64,000 nucleotides of DNA from Flavobacteriales bacterium (lineage in GTDB: Bacteria; Bacteroidota; Bacteroidia; JANQJC01), in contig JANQJC010000009.1 of NCBI GenBank assembly GCA_028281825.1, positions 8,138-72,137 of the forward strand, in the 5' to 3' direction. The position numbers were made by a program, and so were the translations under genes. A model generated the notes under the pieces. The model had not been told where the DNA came from and did not search any database. It was given only the letters and a program-made list of their open reading frames with translations. Each line of letters starts with the position of its first letter. Position 1 is the stretch's first letter. Shown in pieces: positions 10,516 through 20,020 of the stretch.

Positions 10516-13500
10516 TTATTTAATCACCATCACGGTTCCTGTGATGCGCACATCACCATTCTCATAAACTTTACCGGGCCACACGGTGCCATCATCAAAG
10601 GTGGCTAGTATTTGCCACACATAGGCACCCTGAGGTACAACTTCACCTTTATAGGTACCATCCCATCCTTCTACAGGGCTGGTATTCTCTAGTTTACTGC
10701 TTTCAAATATCAGGTTACCCCACTTGTCGTAAATCTCCAAAGTGTACTCTTTAAGTCCTGTTCCTGCGGGTAAGAAAATATTGATACCTGGATTGCCCGA
10801 GTTCGGGATAACGGCATTTGGCACATACAGCCCTCCATAAAAATCAACGGTGATAAATTCAGCAAGAGTATCGGTACATCCTAGTGAGTCTATTACAATC
10901 AATACAACAAACTTCTCACCATGAAACATATATTGGTGGGTGGGGAACTGTTCTGTTGAAGTTGTTCCGTCGCCAAAATCCCACTCCCAGCTTATTACGG
11001 GGGTAGACTGGTCAATAAAATTCACGGTGCCATCTATCTCTGGGTTAGCCACTGTAACGTAGTCATAATCAGCAGTAGGGTTAGGCCATACCTCAATGAT
11101 ATTTTGATAATTGATTGTATCAGTACAACCACCGGCACCAGTTATTATAAGTGTTACCCCATAATTTCCTGCTTCTTCAAAAATATGAGATGGACTGCTT
11201 GCTGTGCTGCTTGTACCATCGCTAAACTGCCAGTCATATATCTGCGCATTTTGCGATAGGTCATTAAAATTGACTGCCAAGGGCTCACAACCTTCTTCCA
11301 CGTCAAAATTGAAATCTGCACTTGGTATTGGATAAACTGAGTAAACAAAACTGGTATCGTCAGTACAACCGTATTGGTTTTCGGTATGTAAACTCACCGT
11401 ATAGTTACCTACGGTATCATAGGTGGTTGTAACAACTGGTTGTATAGAGTTAGAAGTGTCTCCTTGCCCAAACTCCCAGTGATAGTATAAGCCACCAGTT
11501 GAAACATTGGTAAATGAAACATTGACAGGGTAAGTACACGACATTTGACTGTTTACTTCAATCGAGCTGATTGGAAGGGGATAAACGGTAGCTTGTTGCG
11601 TAAGGGTAGTCTCACAACCTTGGTCTGAAGTGGCCGTGAGGCTTACACTATAATTTCCTGAGCCATTATAGTTATGCGAGGGATTTTGACTGGTAGAACT
11701 AATAGAATCTCCAAACTGCCATAACCATTCATCAATTGTTCCACTGTTGATGGTACTTGAATCGCTAAAGTTTATTGGCAACCCAAAGCATACATTGGTG
11801 AACCCAAAATCTATGTTTGGAACTGGATGAATTACATGTGTTCTGGTGATTGAATCTGAACAGGCTGTGCTGCTACCCACTATTAGTGTAACGCTATATG
11901 AAGTGTCTGAATTATAAATGTGGGTAGGGCTTTGCTGATTGGATATAGTTCCATCACCAAAAAGCCAGGTCCAGGAGTCGATAGTTCCTGAAGGCACCGA
12001 AGACTGATCCATAAACTCACTGATATCACCTAAACAAATATCATCTACTGAGAAATCTGCCGTTGGTGCTGCATACACATCTACAGCGCGTGTAATAGAG
12101 TCAGTACACCCATTACTGCTGGTGACTTCGAGAAAGGCATCATAGGTGCCAGCAGCAACATAGATATGGTTTGGAGAAGTATCATTTGATGTATTTAAAT
12201 CACCGAAACTCCATGCCCATGAAATGATCGTATCTCCTTGTACGGTAGATAGGTCTGTAAACTCTGTTTCAAAGCCGAGGCAGACTTCCGTAAAGTTAAA
12301 ATCAGCCACAGGTGTGGGAACAATTGCCACAGTAATAGAATCTACATTTTGACATTGCCCTTCTTGCACGGTAACATAATAGATAGTAGTAGCAGATGGG
12401 GTTGCAACCGGGTTGCTGCTATTGGGGTCACTTAAGCCCTGTGTTGGCGACCACGAATAAACACTACCACCTGAAGCATTTAGCTGAACGGGAACTTCTC
12501 GGCATACTGTGGTGTCTAATCCAGCGTCCACTGCCAGAGGTCTCACAACAACTGAGTCTTGAGACTGAACTATAAAGCTACATCCATTAATATCTTCTAA
12601 TATTAACAAGGGGAAATATTCACCTGTATCGGTGTAAGTGTGTGTGGCAATTTGCCCACTACCCAAACTACCGTCACCAAAATCCCAGGTGAATGAGGTC
12701 GCATTGGGCGAAACAGCTTCATAAGTTACATCAAAGGGTGGGCAGCCTGTAGTGTCGGGCATGAAGGTAAAACTACCAACTGGGCCTGATAAGTTCACGA
12801 GGTCTTCCATCAATATCGTGTCTGAGCAACCAATAGAACTGAATACAATTAGCTCAACATCATATACACCTGGTTGGGTATAGATATGTTGAGGGTTTTG
12901 CTGGGTTGATGATGAACCATCACCAAAGTTCCAAACCCATTGATTAGCATTGGCGGTAGAGGCATCAGTAAAGCTCACTAACAGCGGTGGACATACAGCT
13001 GCAGTTGGTGCGGCTGTATAATCTGCTTCCGGGCTACCTACCGTAATCAAATCGGGATATACAATTGAGCTATCACAGCCATTGTCATTGCTTGCTGTCA
13101 ATCTGATGGTATAAGTTCCATCTATTGAATAAGTGTAAGTGGGATTAACTTCATCGGTGGTTGTGCCATCTCCAAAATCCCATACATATGACGTCGCACC
13201 AGTTGTGAAATTGGTGAACGTGATTGGGATACCCCTGCACACATTGGTAGACGAGGGATTGAAATTTGGGTCGGGGTAAGGGTCATAAAATATAAAGTCG
13301 GGTTTAGTCTCAGTATAAGTACATCCCTCATTATCGTCTATGGTAAGTGATACCGTGTACAACCCACCTGTTTGATAGTAGTGAGTTGGGTTCTGCTGGT
13401 CGGATGTGTTACCATCCCCAAAATCCCAATACCATTGCAATACAGTTCCTGGGGGGCTAGATAAATCCCCAAAAACTGCTTCTAATGAATCACAGCCAGA

Positions 13501-15849
13501 GGAAGAAATCAATTCAAAATCTGGAGTAGAACCGCTAACATTTACAGCACCGCTAACTATCAATGTATCCCTGCAACCATATATGTCAGTAACGATAAGC
13601 CGCACGTTATACGAACCAGCACTGGTATAGGTGCGGATTGGATTTTGAAGCGCCGAAGTGCCTCCATCCCCAAAGTTCCATAACCATGATACTGCATCAG
13701 TCGATTGGTCAGTAAAACTCACGGTTAATGGCCCACATCCGCTATTGTTTACAGCCGAGAAATTCGCTTGAGGGTCAGTAATTTCAATATCAGCCTCAAA
13801 AGTATTAGAACAATTGTTGGTATCACTGGTTACTGTCAGCATTACGGTATACAATCCCGTAGCTGGGAAAGTATGAATAGGTGCACTTAGTGTACTGCTG
13901 GTACCATCCCCAAAATCCCAATTGTAAGAAAAAGCTCCAATTGACAGGTCAATGAAGTCAACGGTGTAGGGGGTAGTACAGCTTTGTAAATATTCAAATT
14001 CAGCTACTGGTGGCAATACGTATACATAATCCTCTATCTCAAAGGTATCTGGGCAGCCATTATTAAAGGCTGTTAGCGTAATATCAAAATATCCGGTGTC
14101 ATTCCATTCATGCTCTGGATTTTGCTCTGTAGAGAAAGTCATATTTCCGAACTCCCAATACCATTCGTTTGCATCGGTGGATAAATCCGTGAATTGAACA
14201 ATAGAACCCGCACATATTTGAAAAGGGCCTCCTGTAAAGTTGGCAGTGGGTGGGGTGCTCACAAAGATGTAGTTTGGCCTTATTACTGTATCTCTACATC
14301 CCAGGTCATCTTCAATTATTAAGGTCACAGTATACATACCTGTAGTGGTATAGGTATGCGTTGGGTTTTGCTGATTAGAGGTAGCTCCATCCCCGAAGTC
14401 CCAAAACCAGCTAGTGATAGTCTGCGCTGAGGTACTGCTATCAGCAAAATTCACTTCTAATGGAACGCAAAATCCAAATTTATCTGGCAGGAAATCGGCT
14501 TCGGTTTGGGTCACAATAATAAAATCAGTTTCCGTCTGTGTAACGCTACATCCTGATGAGTTAATAGCTGTGAGTCTAACCGTATAGATGCCAGGAGCAT
14601 TGTAATCATGAGAAGGGCCTATATCGTTTGAGGTTTGTCCATCTCCAAAATCCCAGATGTAAGTATCGCCCCCAGTAGTGGTATTGGTAAAGTTGGCAGT
14701 AAATGGTATGTGGCAACCTGAGTTGTTATCCACAGTAAAACTGGGCGACGGTACATCAGAAACGGTAATATAATCTGTTTTTGTCTCTGAACCTGTGCAA
14801 CTACCCACATAATCAGCTGTTAAGGTAACTGTGTATGTTCCTGGTACATTATAAATATGCCCAGGGTTTTGAGTATTGGCGGTTTCTCCATCCCCAAAAT
14901 CCCATTGCCATGAAACTGGGGTAGCCGTTGAATTATCAAAGAAGCTGACGTTTTGCCCTAAGCATGCATTCACTGTGCTTGATAAAAAGTTTACATCTAC
15001 AGAATCAACCACATTGATATAACTCGTTTGTACAAGCGAATCTACACAACCTATTTGGTCCGTTACTGTGAGCGTCACGTCGTAAAGTCCTGCACTTGTG
15101 TAGGTATGGCTGGGGTTAGTTTGGGTTGAGTTTTGCCCATTCCCGAAGTTCCATGAATAGGTCAATGTGCCATTACCAGAGGAATTGTTAACGAAGTTGA
15201 CCTGTGTAGGTGGGTTACAGCCAAAGAGTGGGTTACCAGAGAAATCAGCAGTGGGAAAATTACTTGAGACGGTAATGTAATCGTTAAAAGTTACATCATC
15301 CTGGCAATTATTTGAATCAATTAGCAAAAGAGTTACGTCATAAGTTCCTGGGTTAAGGTAAGTGTGAGTAGGGTTTTGTTGGGTACTAATTTGTCCATCC
15401 CCAAAATCCCAAAACCATGATTCTATGCCTGCTGAACCAGGGACTGATAGGTCTGAAAAACTGACATCTAATGGAAAACAGCCTTGAGTTACCGAGCCAG
15501 AAAAATCAGGACTTGGTTGTTCAAAAACAGTAATATACCCTGTTTTTACTTCAGTATCAGATTGACTGCCGTTGGATACGGTAAGTGTAACTGTGTAAGT
15601 ACCAGGATTTACATAAGTAGCAGATGGGTTGCTGGCAGTAGATGAGTTACCGTTACCAAAACTCCATTGATAGGTAAGGGTTCCTGGTCCGCTTGATTGA
15701 TTATTGAACTGTACTATCAGGGGGCCACATCCTTCAGTAGGACTTGCCAAAAAGTCTGCAACTACCTGGGCATTTGCAGCAAACGAGATACCAAGAAAAA
15801 TATATAGAAGGCCTAATACCTTTTTTATCATGTTGTATGTAAACTCCAC
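10516..15849 (-). CDS. Giant cell-surface protein with about 19 PKD repeats and a T9SS type-B (gliding-motility-associated) C-terminal domain
   Basis: There is a signal peptide. Repeats of roughly 85 aa recur with the motif W-x-[FW]-G-D-G followed by NPxHxY...G.Y.V.L. A non-PKD spacer sits mid-protein. The last ~90 aa (GGLYVPNAVIPNSGNPGINIFLP...WDGTYKG...YVWQILATFDDG) match the type-B sorting-domain pattern. The real start may be MIKKV (15831). Confidence 0.85.
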   Translation of the reverse strand: MEFTYNMIKKVLGLLYIFLGISFAANAQVVADFLASPTEGCGPLIVQFNNQSSGPGTLTYQWSFGNGNSSTASNPSATYVNPGTYTVTLTVSNGSQSDTEVKTGYITVFEQPSPDFSGSVTQGCFPLDVSFSDLSVPGSAGIESWFWDFGDGQISTQQNPTHTYLNPGTYDVTLLLIDSNNCQDDVTFNDYITVSSNFPTADFSGNPLFGCNPPTQVNFVNNSSGNGTLTYSWNFGNGQNSTQTNPSHTYTSAGLYDVTLTVTDQIGCVDSLVQTSYINVVDSVDVNFLSSTVNACLGQNVSFFDNSTATPVSWQWDFGDGETANTQNPGHIYNVPGTYTVTLTADYVGSCTGSETKTDYITVSDVPSPSFTVDNNSGCHIPFTANFTNTTTGGDTYIWDFGDGQTSNDIGPSHDYNAPGIYTVRLTAINSSGCSVTQTETDFIIVTQTEADFLPDKFGFCVPLEVNFADSSTSAQTITSWFWDFGDGATSNQQNPTHTYTTTGMYTVTLIIEDDLGCRDTVIRPNYIFVSTPPTANFTGGPFQICAGSIVQFTDLSTDANEWYWEFGNMTFSTEQNPEHEWNDTGYFDITLTAFNNGCPDTFEIEDYVYVLPPVAEFEYLQSCTTPYTVDFIDLSIGAFSYNWDFGDGTSSTLSAPIHTFPATGLYTVMLTVTSDTNNCSNTFEADIEITDPQANFSAVNNSGCGPLTVSFTDQSTDAVSWLWNFGDGGTSALQNPIRTYTSAGSYNVRLIVTDIYGCRDTLIVSGAVNVSGSTPDFELISSSGCDSLEAVFGDLSSPPGTVLQWYWDFGDGNTSDQQNPTHYYQTGGLYTVSLTIDDNEGCTYTETKPDFIFYDPYPDPNFNPSSTNVCRGIPITFTNFTTGATSYVWDFGDGTTTDEVNPTYTYSIDGTYTIRLTASNDNGCDSSIVYPDLITVGSPEADYTAAPTAAVCPPLLVSFTDASTANANQWVWNFGDGSSSTQQNPQHIYTQPGVYDVELIVFSSIGCSDTILMEDLVNLSGPVGSFTFMPDTTGCPPFDVTYEAVSPNATSFTWDFGDGSLGSGQIATHTYTDTGEYFPLLILEDINGCSFIVQSQDSVVVRPLAVDAGLDTTVCREVPVQLNASGGSVYSWSPTQGLSDPNSSNPVATPSATTIYYVTVQEGQCQNVDSITVAIVPTPVADFNFTEVCLGFETEFTDLSTVQGDTIISWAWSFGDLNTSNDTSPNHIYVAAGTYDAFLEVTSSNGCTDSITRAVDVYAAPTADFSVDDICLGDISEFMDQSSVPSGTIDSWTWLFGDGTISNQQSPTHIYNSDTSYSVTLIVGSSTACSDSITRTHVIHPVPNIDFGFTNVCFGLPINFSDSSTINSGTIDEWLWQFGDSISSTSQNPSHNYNGSGNYSVSLTATSDQGCETTLTQQATVYPLPISSIEVNSQMSCTYPVNVSFTNVSTGGLYYHWEFGQGDTSNSIQPVVTTTYDTVGNYTVSLHTENQYGCTDDTSFVYSVYPIPSADFNFDVEEGCEPLAVNFNDLSQNAQIYDWQFSDGTSSTASSPSHIFEEAGNYGVTLIITGAGGCTDTINYQNIIEVWPNPTADYDYVTVANPEIDGTVNFIDQSTPVISWEWDFGDGTTSTEQFPTHQYMFHGEKFVVLIVIDSLGCTDTLAEFITVDFYGGLYVPNAVIPNSGNPGINIFLPAGTGLKEYTLEIYDKWGNLIFESSKLENTSPVEGWDGTYKGEVVPQGAYVWQILATFDDGTVWPGKVYENGDVRITGTVMVIK
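10900..15700 (-). repeat. Intragenic array of about 19 PKD-domain coding repeats (13 N-terminal, a spacer, then 6)
   Basis: The WxFGDG/NGxxS motif recurs every 240-270 nt in the translated giant ORF. Confidence 0.7.
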
Positions 15850-15992
15850 AAATCTAGTTATCGTTAGCTATACGCTTCTTTATCAATAATGTTTTGTTTT
15901 AATTGAGAATATTCTCAACCGAAGGGCAGGATAAGAAATAACACGAACTAAAGAGCTTTTAACGTTGGGCTTGTTTGCAATAAATCGACGAA

Positions 15993-16898
15993 CTACTTGG
16001 GTCCCAATAGTTTGAATCTAAGCTCTTGTAATAAGTATTCTGCTTTATCTGTAAATCCTTTAGTCTCTAATTCAAGCGCAAGCTTGGTAAATATACTTGG
16101 ATTCAACCCCCTCTTAAAAGTCCTTTTTAAAAAACCATCATCAGAATAGGGCAGCGCACCAGCCTTTAAATGAGGTTTAAGGAGTTTTACCAACTTGTTA
16201 AACTCATTTCTATTATGCCAATAGTAGTCCTTATCAAATTGCCCCATTACCTTCATGCCAATATGCACGGTAAGGTGTAGGTTATCAAAAAGTTTGAAGC
16301 TGCTGGCAAAGGCATAAAGGTTATGGGCAAAAGCAGCTTCAATAAAAGGAACTCCAACACAAATATTGCCTAATTCAAATTTGGGATATAGATTTCTATG
16401 AAATACAAAACAATCAAAACCTGGGTGCGACTTACCTATTTCAGCCCAAATAAGGGGTAGCTCATCTGGCTTACTGTATATTTTTGGGATTCGCCTACGA
16501 TTTATCATAAACGCATCATGGCCTTTATCAATAATTGAAGCTACTGCCGCATAAAAATTGGGTAAAACAGTGATGTCAACGTTGGTGTATATTAAATATT
16601 CAGCATCACTATTCTCATAAACTGTGCTGAGAATATCCTTGAGTAATGGCAATTTTCTCTCTTTTGAAAAAGAAGCAATATCTAAAACTGAATGCTTAAG
16701 GTTGGTTGTTTTGGTAAAGTACTCAGGTATAATGTCAAGGTCTTCTTCGTACTGGGTAGTGAAAAGCTCAACACTTGTATTTTTTGCTAACTCTTTAGCA
16801 ATCCTCATACTTTCGAAGGTGATGGGTTGTGCGACAAACAAGTCTGAAGACTCCTTAACCTTTACCGGGTTAACAATATGTGCTATTGAAACTGCCAC
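15993..16898 (-). CDS. Hypothetical protein (possible GT-A-like transferase) in glycan locus
   Basis: A 301-aa cytoplasmic-looking ORF is co-oriented and tightly spaced with the downstream glycosyltransferase-like gene. I recognised no firm motif. Confidence 0.35.
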   Translation of the reverse strand: MAVSIAHIVNPVKVKESSDLFVAQPITFESMRIAKELAKNTSVELFTTQYEEDLDIIPEYFTKTTNLKHSVLDIASFSKERKLPLLKDILSTVYENSDAEYLIYTNVDITVLPNFYAAVASIIDKGHDAFMINRRRIPKIYSKPDELPLIWAEIGKSHPGFDCFVFHRNLYPKFELGNICVGVPFIEAAFAHNLYAFASSFKLFDNLHLTVHIGMKVMGQFDKDYYWHNRNEFNKLVKLLKPHLKAGALPYSDDGFLKRTFKRGLNPSIFTKLALELETKGFTDKAEYLLQELRFKLLGPK

Positions 16899-16907
16899 TT
16901 TACTAAT

Positions 16908-17843
16908 TTAGTCGAACCAATTGAGATAAGACCAAAGTATTTGCCATTTCGCATTTCGATACTTGACCCAAAAGCCCTCATTTTTAAGTATTTTCTTGGT
17001 GTCTATCTTGAAACCATATTTTTCTAAAACAGCTATATAGTCGTGCAACTGAGCTTTTAATATAGGGTCTTCATCACGCAAAATAGCCGCAATGGTGCAA
17101 TCCGCATAATGAACAAAAACCAATGGATATTTTCCCTCAATCAATATTTTTCCATCTACATTCTCCCGTTTGACCTCCTTTATGTTCCAATATGCTACGT
17201 TACAACCCATGTGTGAAACTACCTTGGTTTTGGGTTCAATTACAGGCATCATGTCCAAGTATTTTTGGTCATCAAACATACCCTGAATGTAGCTTTTGGT
17301 ACATTTATAGATACATGCGTTAGCCCACCAATCCAGGGCAGCTTCAGCACCTTTAGAGACTCCAATAAATCCCGCATTATAGATTCCATCTCTAAAATTG
17401 GTCTCAAACCACAAAGGTTCCTTACTTGGGTTCGACGGTCTCCAGTGAGGAGTTAGTAAGATATGGTTGGTGCTTAGGTCATTCCACAAAAAATCAAAAG
17501 AGTCACTGAAGTAGATGTCGTTATCCACATATATGGCCTTTTCATACCCTCCTTCATTCAAAAGGTAGTTTAGAAAAATAGGTTTAAATGTCCATCTTAG
17601 TTTATCGGGATGTTTTCTATACTTGGCAGTTGCTTCCTTAGCAAATATTGAATTCAACTCGTCCAATGCGCGATACTTTACATTTAGAAAAGAAGTATCT
17701 AAATTTGATAACTCGGTAGCATCACTATCTACAACTAAGACTTCAAGTTCTGAGTCTTTATCAAACTTTAAAATTGAATCAAAAAGTGCATATACTTTCG
17801 GTAAATAACTCTTGGTAGATATGGTACAAATGGCGCGCTTCAT
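16908..17843 (-). CDS. Putative nucleotide-sugar glycosyltransferase (GT-A fold, DxD motif)
   Basis: The DxD motif (AIYVDNDIYF) sits in the context typical of GT-A transferases. There is no signal peptide. Confidence 0.45.
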   Translation of the reverse strand: MKRAICTISTKSYLPKVYALFDSILKFDKDSELEVLVVDSDATELSNLDTSFLNVKYRALDELNSIFAKEATAKYRKHPDKLRWTFKPIFLNYLLNEGGYEKAIYVDNDIYFSDSFDFLWNDLSTNHILLTPHWRPSNPSKEPLWFETNFRDGIYNAGFIGVSKGAEAALDWWANACIYKCTKSYIQGMFDDQKYLDMMPVIEPKTKVVSHMGCNVAYWNIKEVKRENVDGKILIEGKYPLVFVHYADCTIAAILRDEDPILKAQLHDYIAVLEKYGFKIDTKKILKNEGFWVKYRNAKWQILWSYLNWFD

Positions 17844-17890
17844 TGATATTAAAAGAAGGTGCTAAAATTAGGAAATTAAAAGTTGGTAAC

Positions 17891-18946
17891 TTATTGAGCC
17901 AATTCCTGCATTATCAATTCTCTACTAAAAAGATAATACTTATAATGGCCTAAATTGTTTAGATGTGCATCAGGATAATCATTAAACCAATTTTTTGTTG
18001 TTTGTGGTAATTCCAAATATGGCTTTAAGGTAGGTTCATCAAAAATTGCTGAATACTTGCTTCTATACTCTTCCACATCCATATCAGCCTCCTTTATCTC
18101 AGGTATTACAACGATTTTGAGTAGGGTATTATGGTTTTTACAAGTGGTCACAATTTGCTTTAAGTAGCCAATGGTTATTTCAGGTTTTTTAATTAATTGT
18201 TCATATTCGAGTTTTTCCTTTAACCTGAATTTTAAAGAATAAAGTCTGCTCAATAAGCTGCTTTTGGAAGTAATGGATTCAAGAATTCCAATAGGTTCTT
18301 TGAGGTAAAACTTTCTGGCTACTATATAATTATAAGCTTCTTGAGCAGTTTTAAAGTCATTGCCATCAATGTTGGTAAGAATGGCTCCTGCATTGGTGTA
18401 AAAATAAAATGGTTTATTTGGCTTAGGTTCCCTATCTCGTTTCATTAGGTCGTTTCCCATAAAGAAATAAACCAACACTTGTTTTGGTTGCAATTTGGGG
18501 ATATAAGTTTCTGCAAGCAATGAATATTGTGGTGGGTCGGCTGCAGGAATGCCTAGATTAATAACCTGGAATGTTGAATCATTCCCCAATCTGTCGGCAA
18601 AGCAACTATCAATAGGCTCTGCTGTCATCCCCCAAACAAAACTATCACCAATGAGCATCGTTCCACCCTTTACTGATGATGAATCAAGTTCAGAAGTTCT
18701 AAAACCGTCAGTATTAATGCGCTCTGGTTGATATCTATAATAATCCTGATTTGCTACTAAAATTCCCTTATCGTTCACGACAAAATCATTGTATATAATG
18801 AGACTATCAACAGGCTCAAAATTAATCCAGTTTGGACTTATATCTCCAGGTTGATATCCAATAAACCTAAGGGTTGCTTCAATGATACCCATTAAGACCA
18901 GTAGTATGGCCAATTGTATCAATAGTATTTTGAGAAGTTTCTTCAA
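17891..18946 (-). CDS. Membrane-anchored SGNH-hydrolase-like protein (AlgJ/AlgX-like, possible glycan O-acyl transferase/esterase)
   Basis: There is an N-terminal transmembrane anchor. The GDS block is LIGDSFVWG. The C-terminal D-x-H block is DYPDAHLNNLGH. Confidence 0.5.
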   Translation of the reverse strand: MKKLLKILLIQLAILLVLMGIIEATLRFIGYQPGDISPNWINFEPVDSLIIYNDFVVNDKGILVANQDYYRYQPERINTDGFRTSELDSSSVKGGTMLIGDSFVWGMTAEPIDSCFADRLGNDSTFQVINLGIPAADPPQYSLLAETYIPKLQPKQVLVYFFMGNDLMKRDREPKPNKPFYFYTNAGAILTNIDGNDFKTAQEAYNYIVARKFYLKEPIGILESITSKSSLLSRLYSLKFRLKEKLEYEQLIKKPEITIGYLKQIVTTCKNHNTLLKIVVIPEIKEADMDVEEYRSKYSAIFDEPTLKPYLELPQTTKNWFNDYPDAHLNNLGHYKYYLFSRELIMQELAQ

Positions 18947-20003
18947 CAGTGTCTAATTGAAGGAGCTCAGGATATTTATTATTAATTTCTTCAAAAATAC
19001 ATTTTGCCATGATATGATAACCTTTCCCATTAAAATGTCCATCAATTGGCCATGCATATGAGTCGATATTATCTGGATTTAGATATTTACTCATTGGCTC
19101 GTGAAGTACTAAATGAGGCGTGTTGTTTGGTTCAAGGTAAGGAACAACTTTTCTTATATCATCTTGAGTATTGAAGTCATAGCGATGCTCATCTGGAAAC
19201 GCATGTAGTGCAGCTACAAAATCAATATTTCGTGCTTTGGATAGGCTGTCAAAACGAACGATGCATTGAGCAATCTTTTCGATAGCAACCTCTGTTTCCT
19301 TGTTTTTTTGACCTGGAGAAAGCAAAGCATCATCATAGCCAAATGAATGCATAATAGCCCTGCAAACATGGCTGTACTTATAAGGGATAAGCAATAAAGG
19401 TGCTTTTTTAAAAGCTGTTGTTCCATCGTTGAGAAACCGTTCAAAGCCACCACACAACATTACGTCATTAATATCAGAAGAATTAATAATGAGCAACACT
19501 ATATCTATATCAAATTCCTTTAATATGTCTTTAAAAAGTTGGTAGCAGAAAAATACATCACTACCAGCTATACCGGCGTTCCAAACTTCGTATTGGGTTT
19601 TGGGGTTAACATTTAATAAGTTTGATAGCTGTGCGGATATAACGCTATCATTAGTTGTTCCGAAACCTTCTGTAAAAGAATCCCCTATTGTTAAAATCCT
19701 AAGGGAATTAGCCTTTTTTTTCTTGTGAAATTCGGTACCCCTAAATCCCATAGAATTTGCAATAAATTCATACTTAAACTCTTTAAAGTCTCTTGTTACA
19801 ACTTGGCCTGGATTCCATCTATGATAATGTGTAGGATGAGTTTTTCCATAGTATGAATAGAAATACCCGTAAGCGTTCTCGGAATAGGTTAGATAAGTTC
19901 CTTTAAATCTCAAGTATATCTCGTAGGCTAAAACTGGTAAGAATGGAATAAGTATTAAAGCTAATGAGAAGAAATAATACCTAAACTTTTCTTTCAAGAC
20001 CAT
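18879..20003 (-). CDS. Membrane-anchored SGNH-hydrolase-like protein, paralog of the downstream gene
   Basis: It has the same architecture as its neighbour: an N-terminal transmembrane segment, LTIGDSFTEGFG, and a C-terminal DGHFNGKGYH. Its end overlaps the neighbour's start by 68 nt. Confidence 0.5.
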   Translation of the reverse strand: MVLKEKFRYYFFSLALILIPFLPVLAYEIYLRFKGTYLTYSENAYGYFYSYYGKTHPTHYHRWNPGQVVTRDFKEFKYEFIANSMGFRGTEFHKKKKANSLRILTIGDSFTEGFGTTNDSVISAQLSNLLNVNPKTQYEVWNAGIAGSDVFFCYQLFKDILKEFDIDIVLLIINSSDINDVMLCGGFERFLNDGTTAFKKAPLLLIPYKYSHVCRAIMHSFGYDDALLSPGQKNKETEVAIEKIAQCIVRFDSLSKARNIDFVAALHAFPDEHRYDFNTQDDIRKVVPYLEPNNTPHLVLHEPMSKYLNPDNIDSYAWPIDGHFNGKGYHIMAKCIFEEINNKYPELLQLDTVEETSQNTIDTIGHTTGLNGYH

Positions 20004-20020
20004 CAGCGATTATAAAGTTT

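Noticed and set aside
10516-15849. Short ORFs (60-80 aa) on the opposite strand inside the giant PKD gene, and similar antisense ORFs inside other genes (e.g. 450..844, 2417..3734, 58104..58672)
   Set aside because: They are embedded in long, well-supported coding regions and have no motifs. They are typical six-frame noise.
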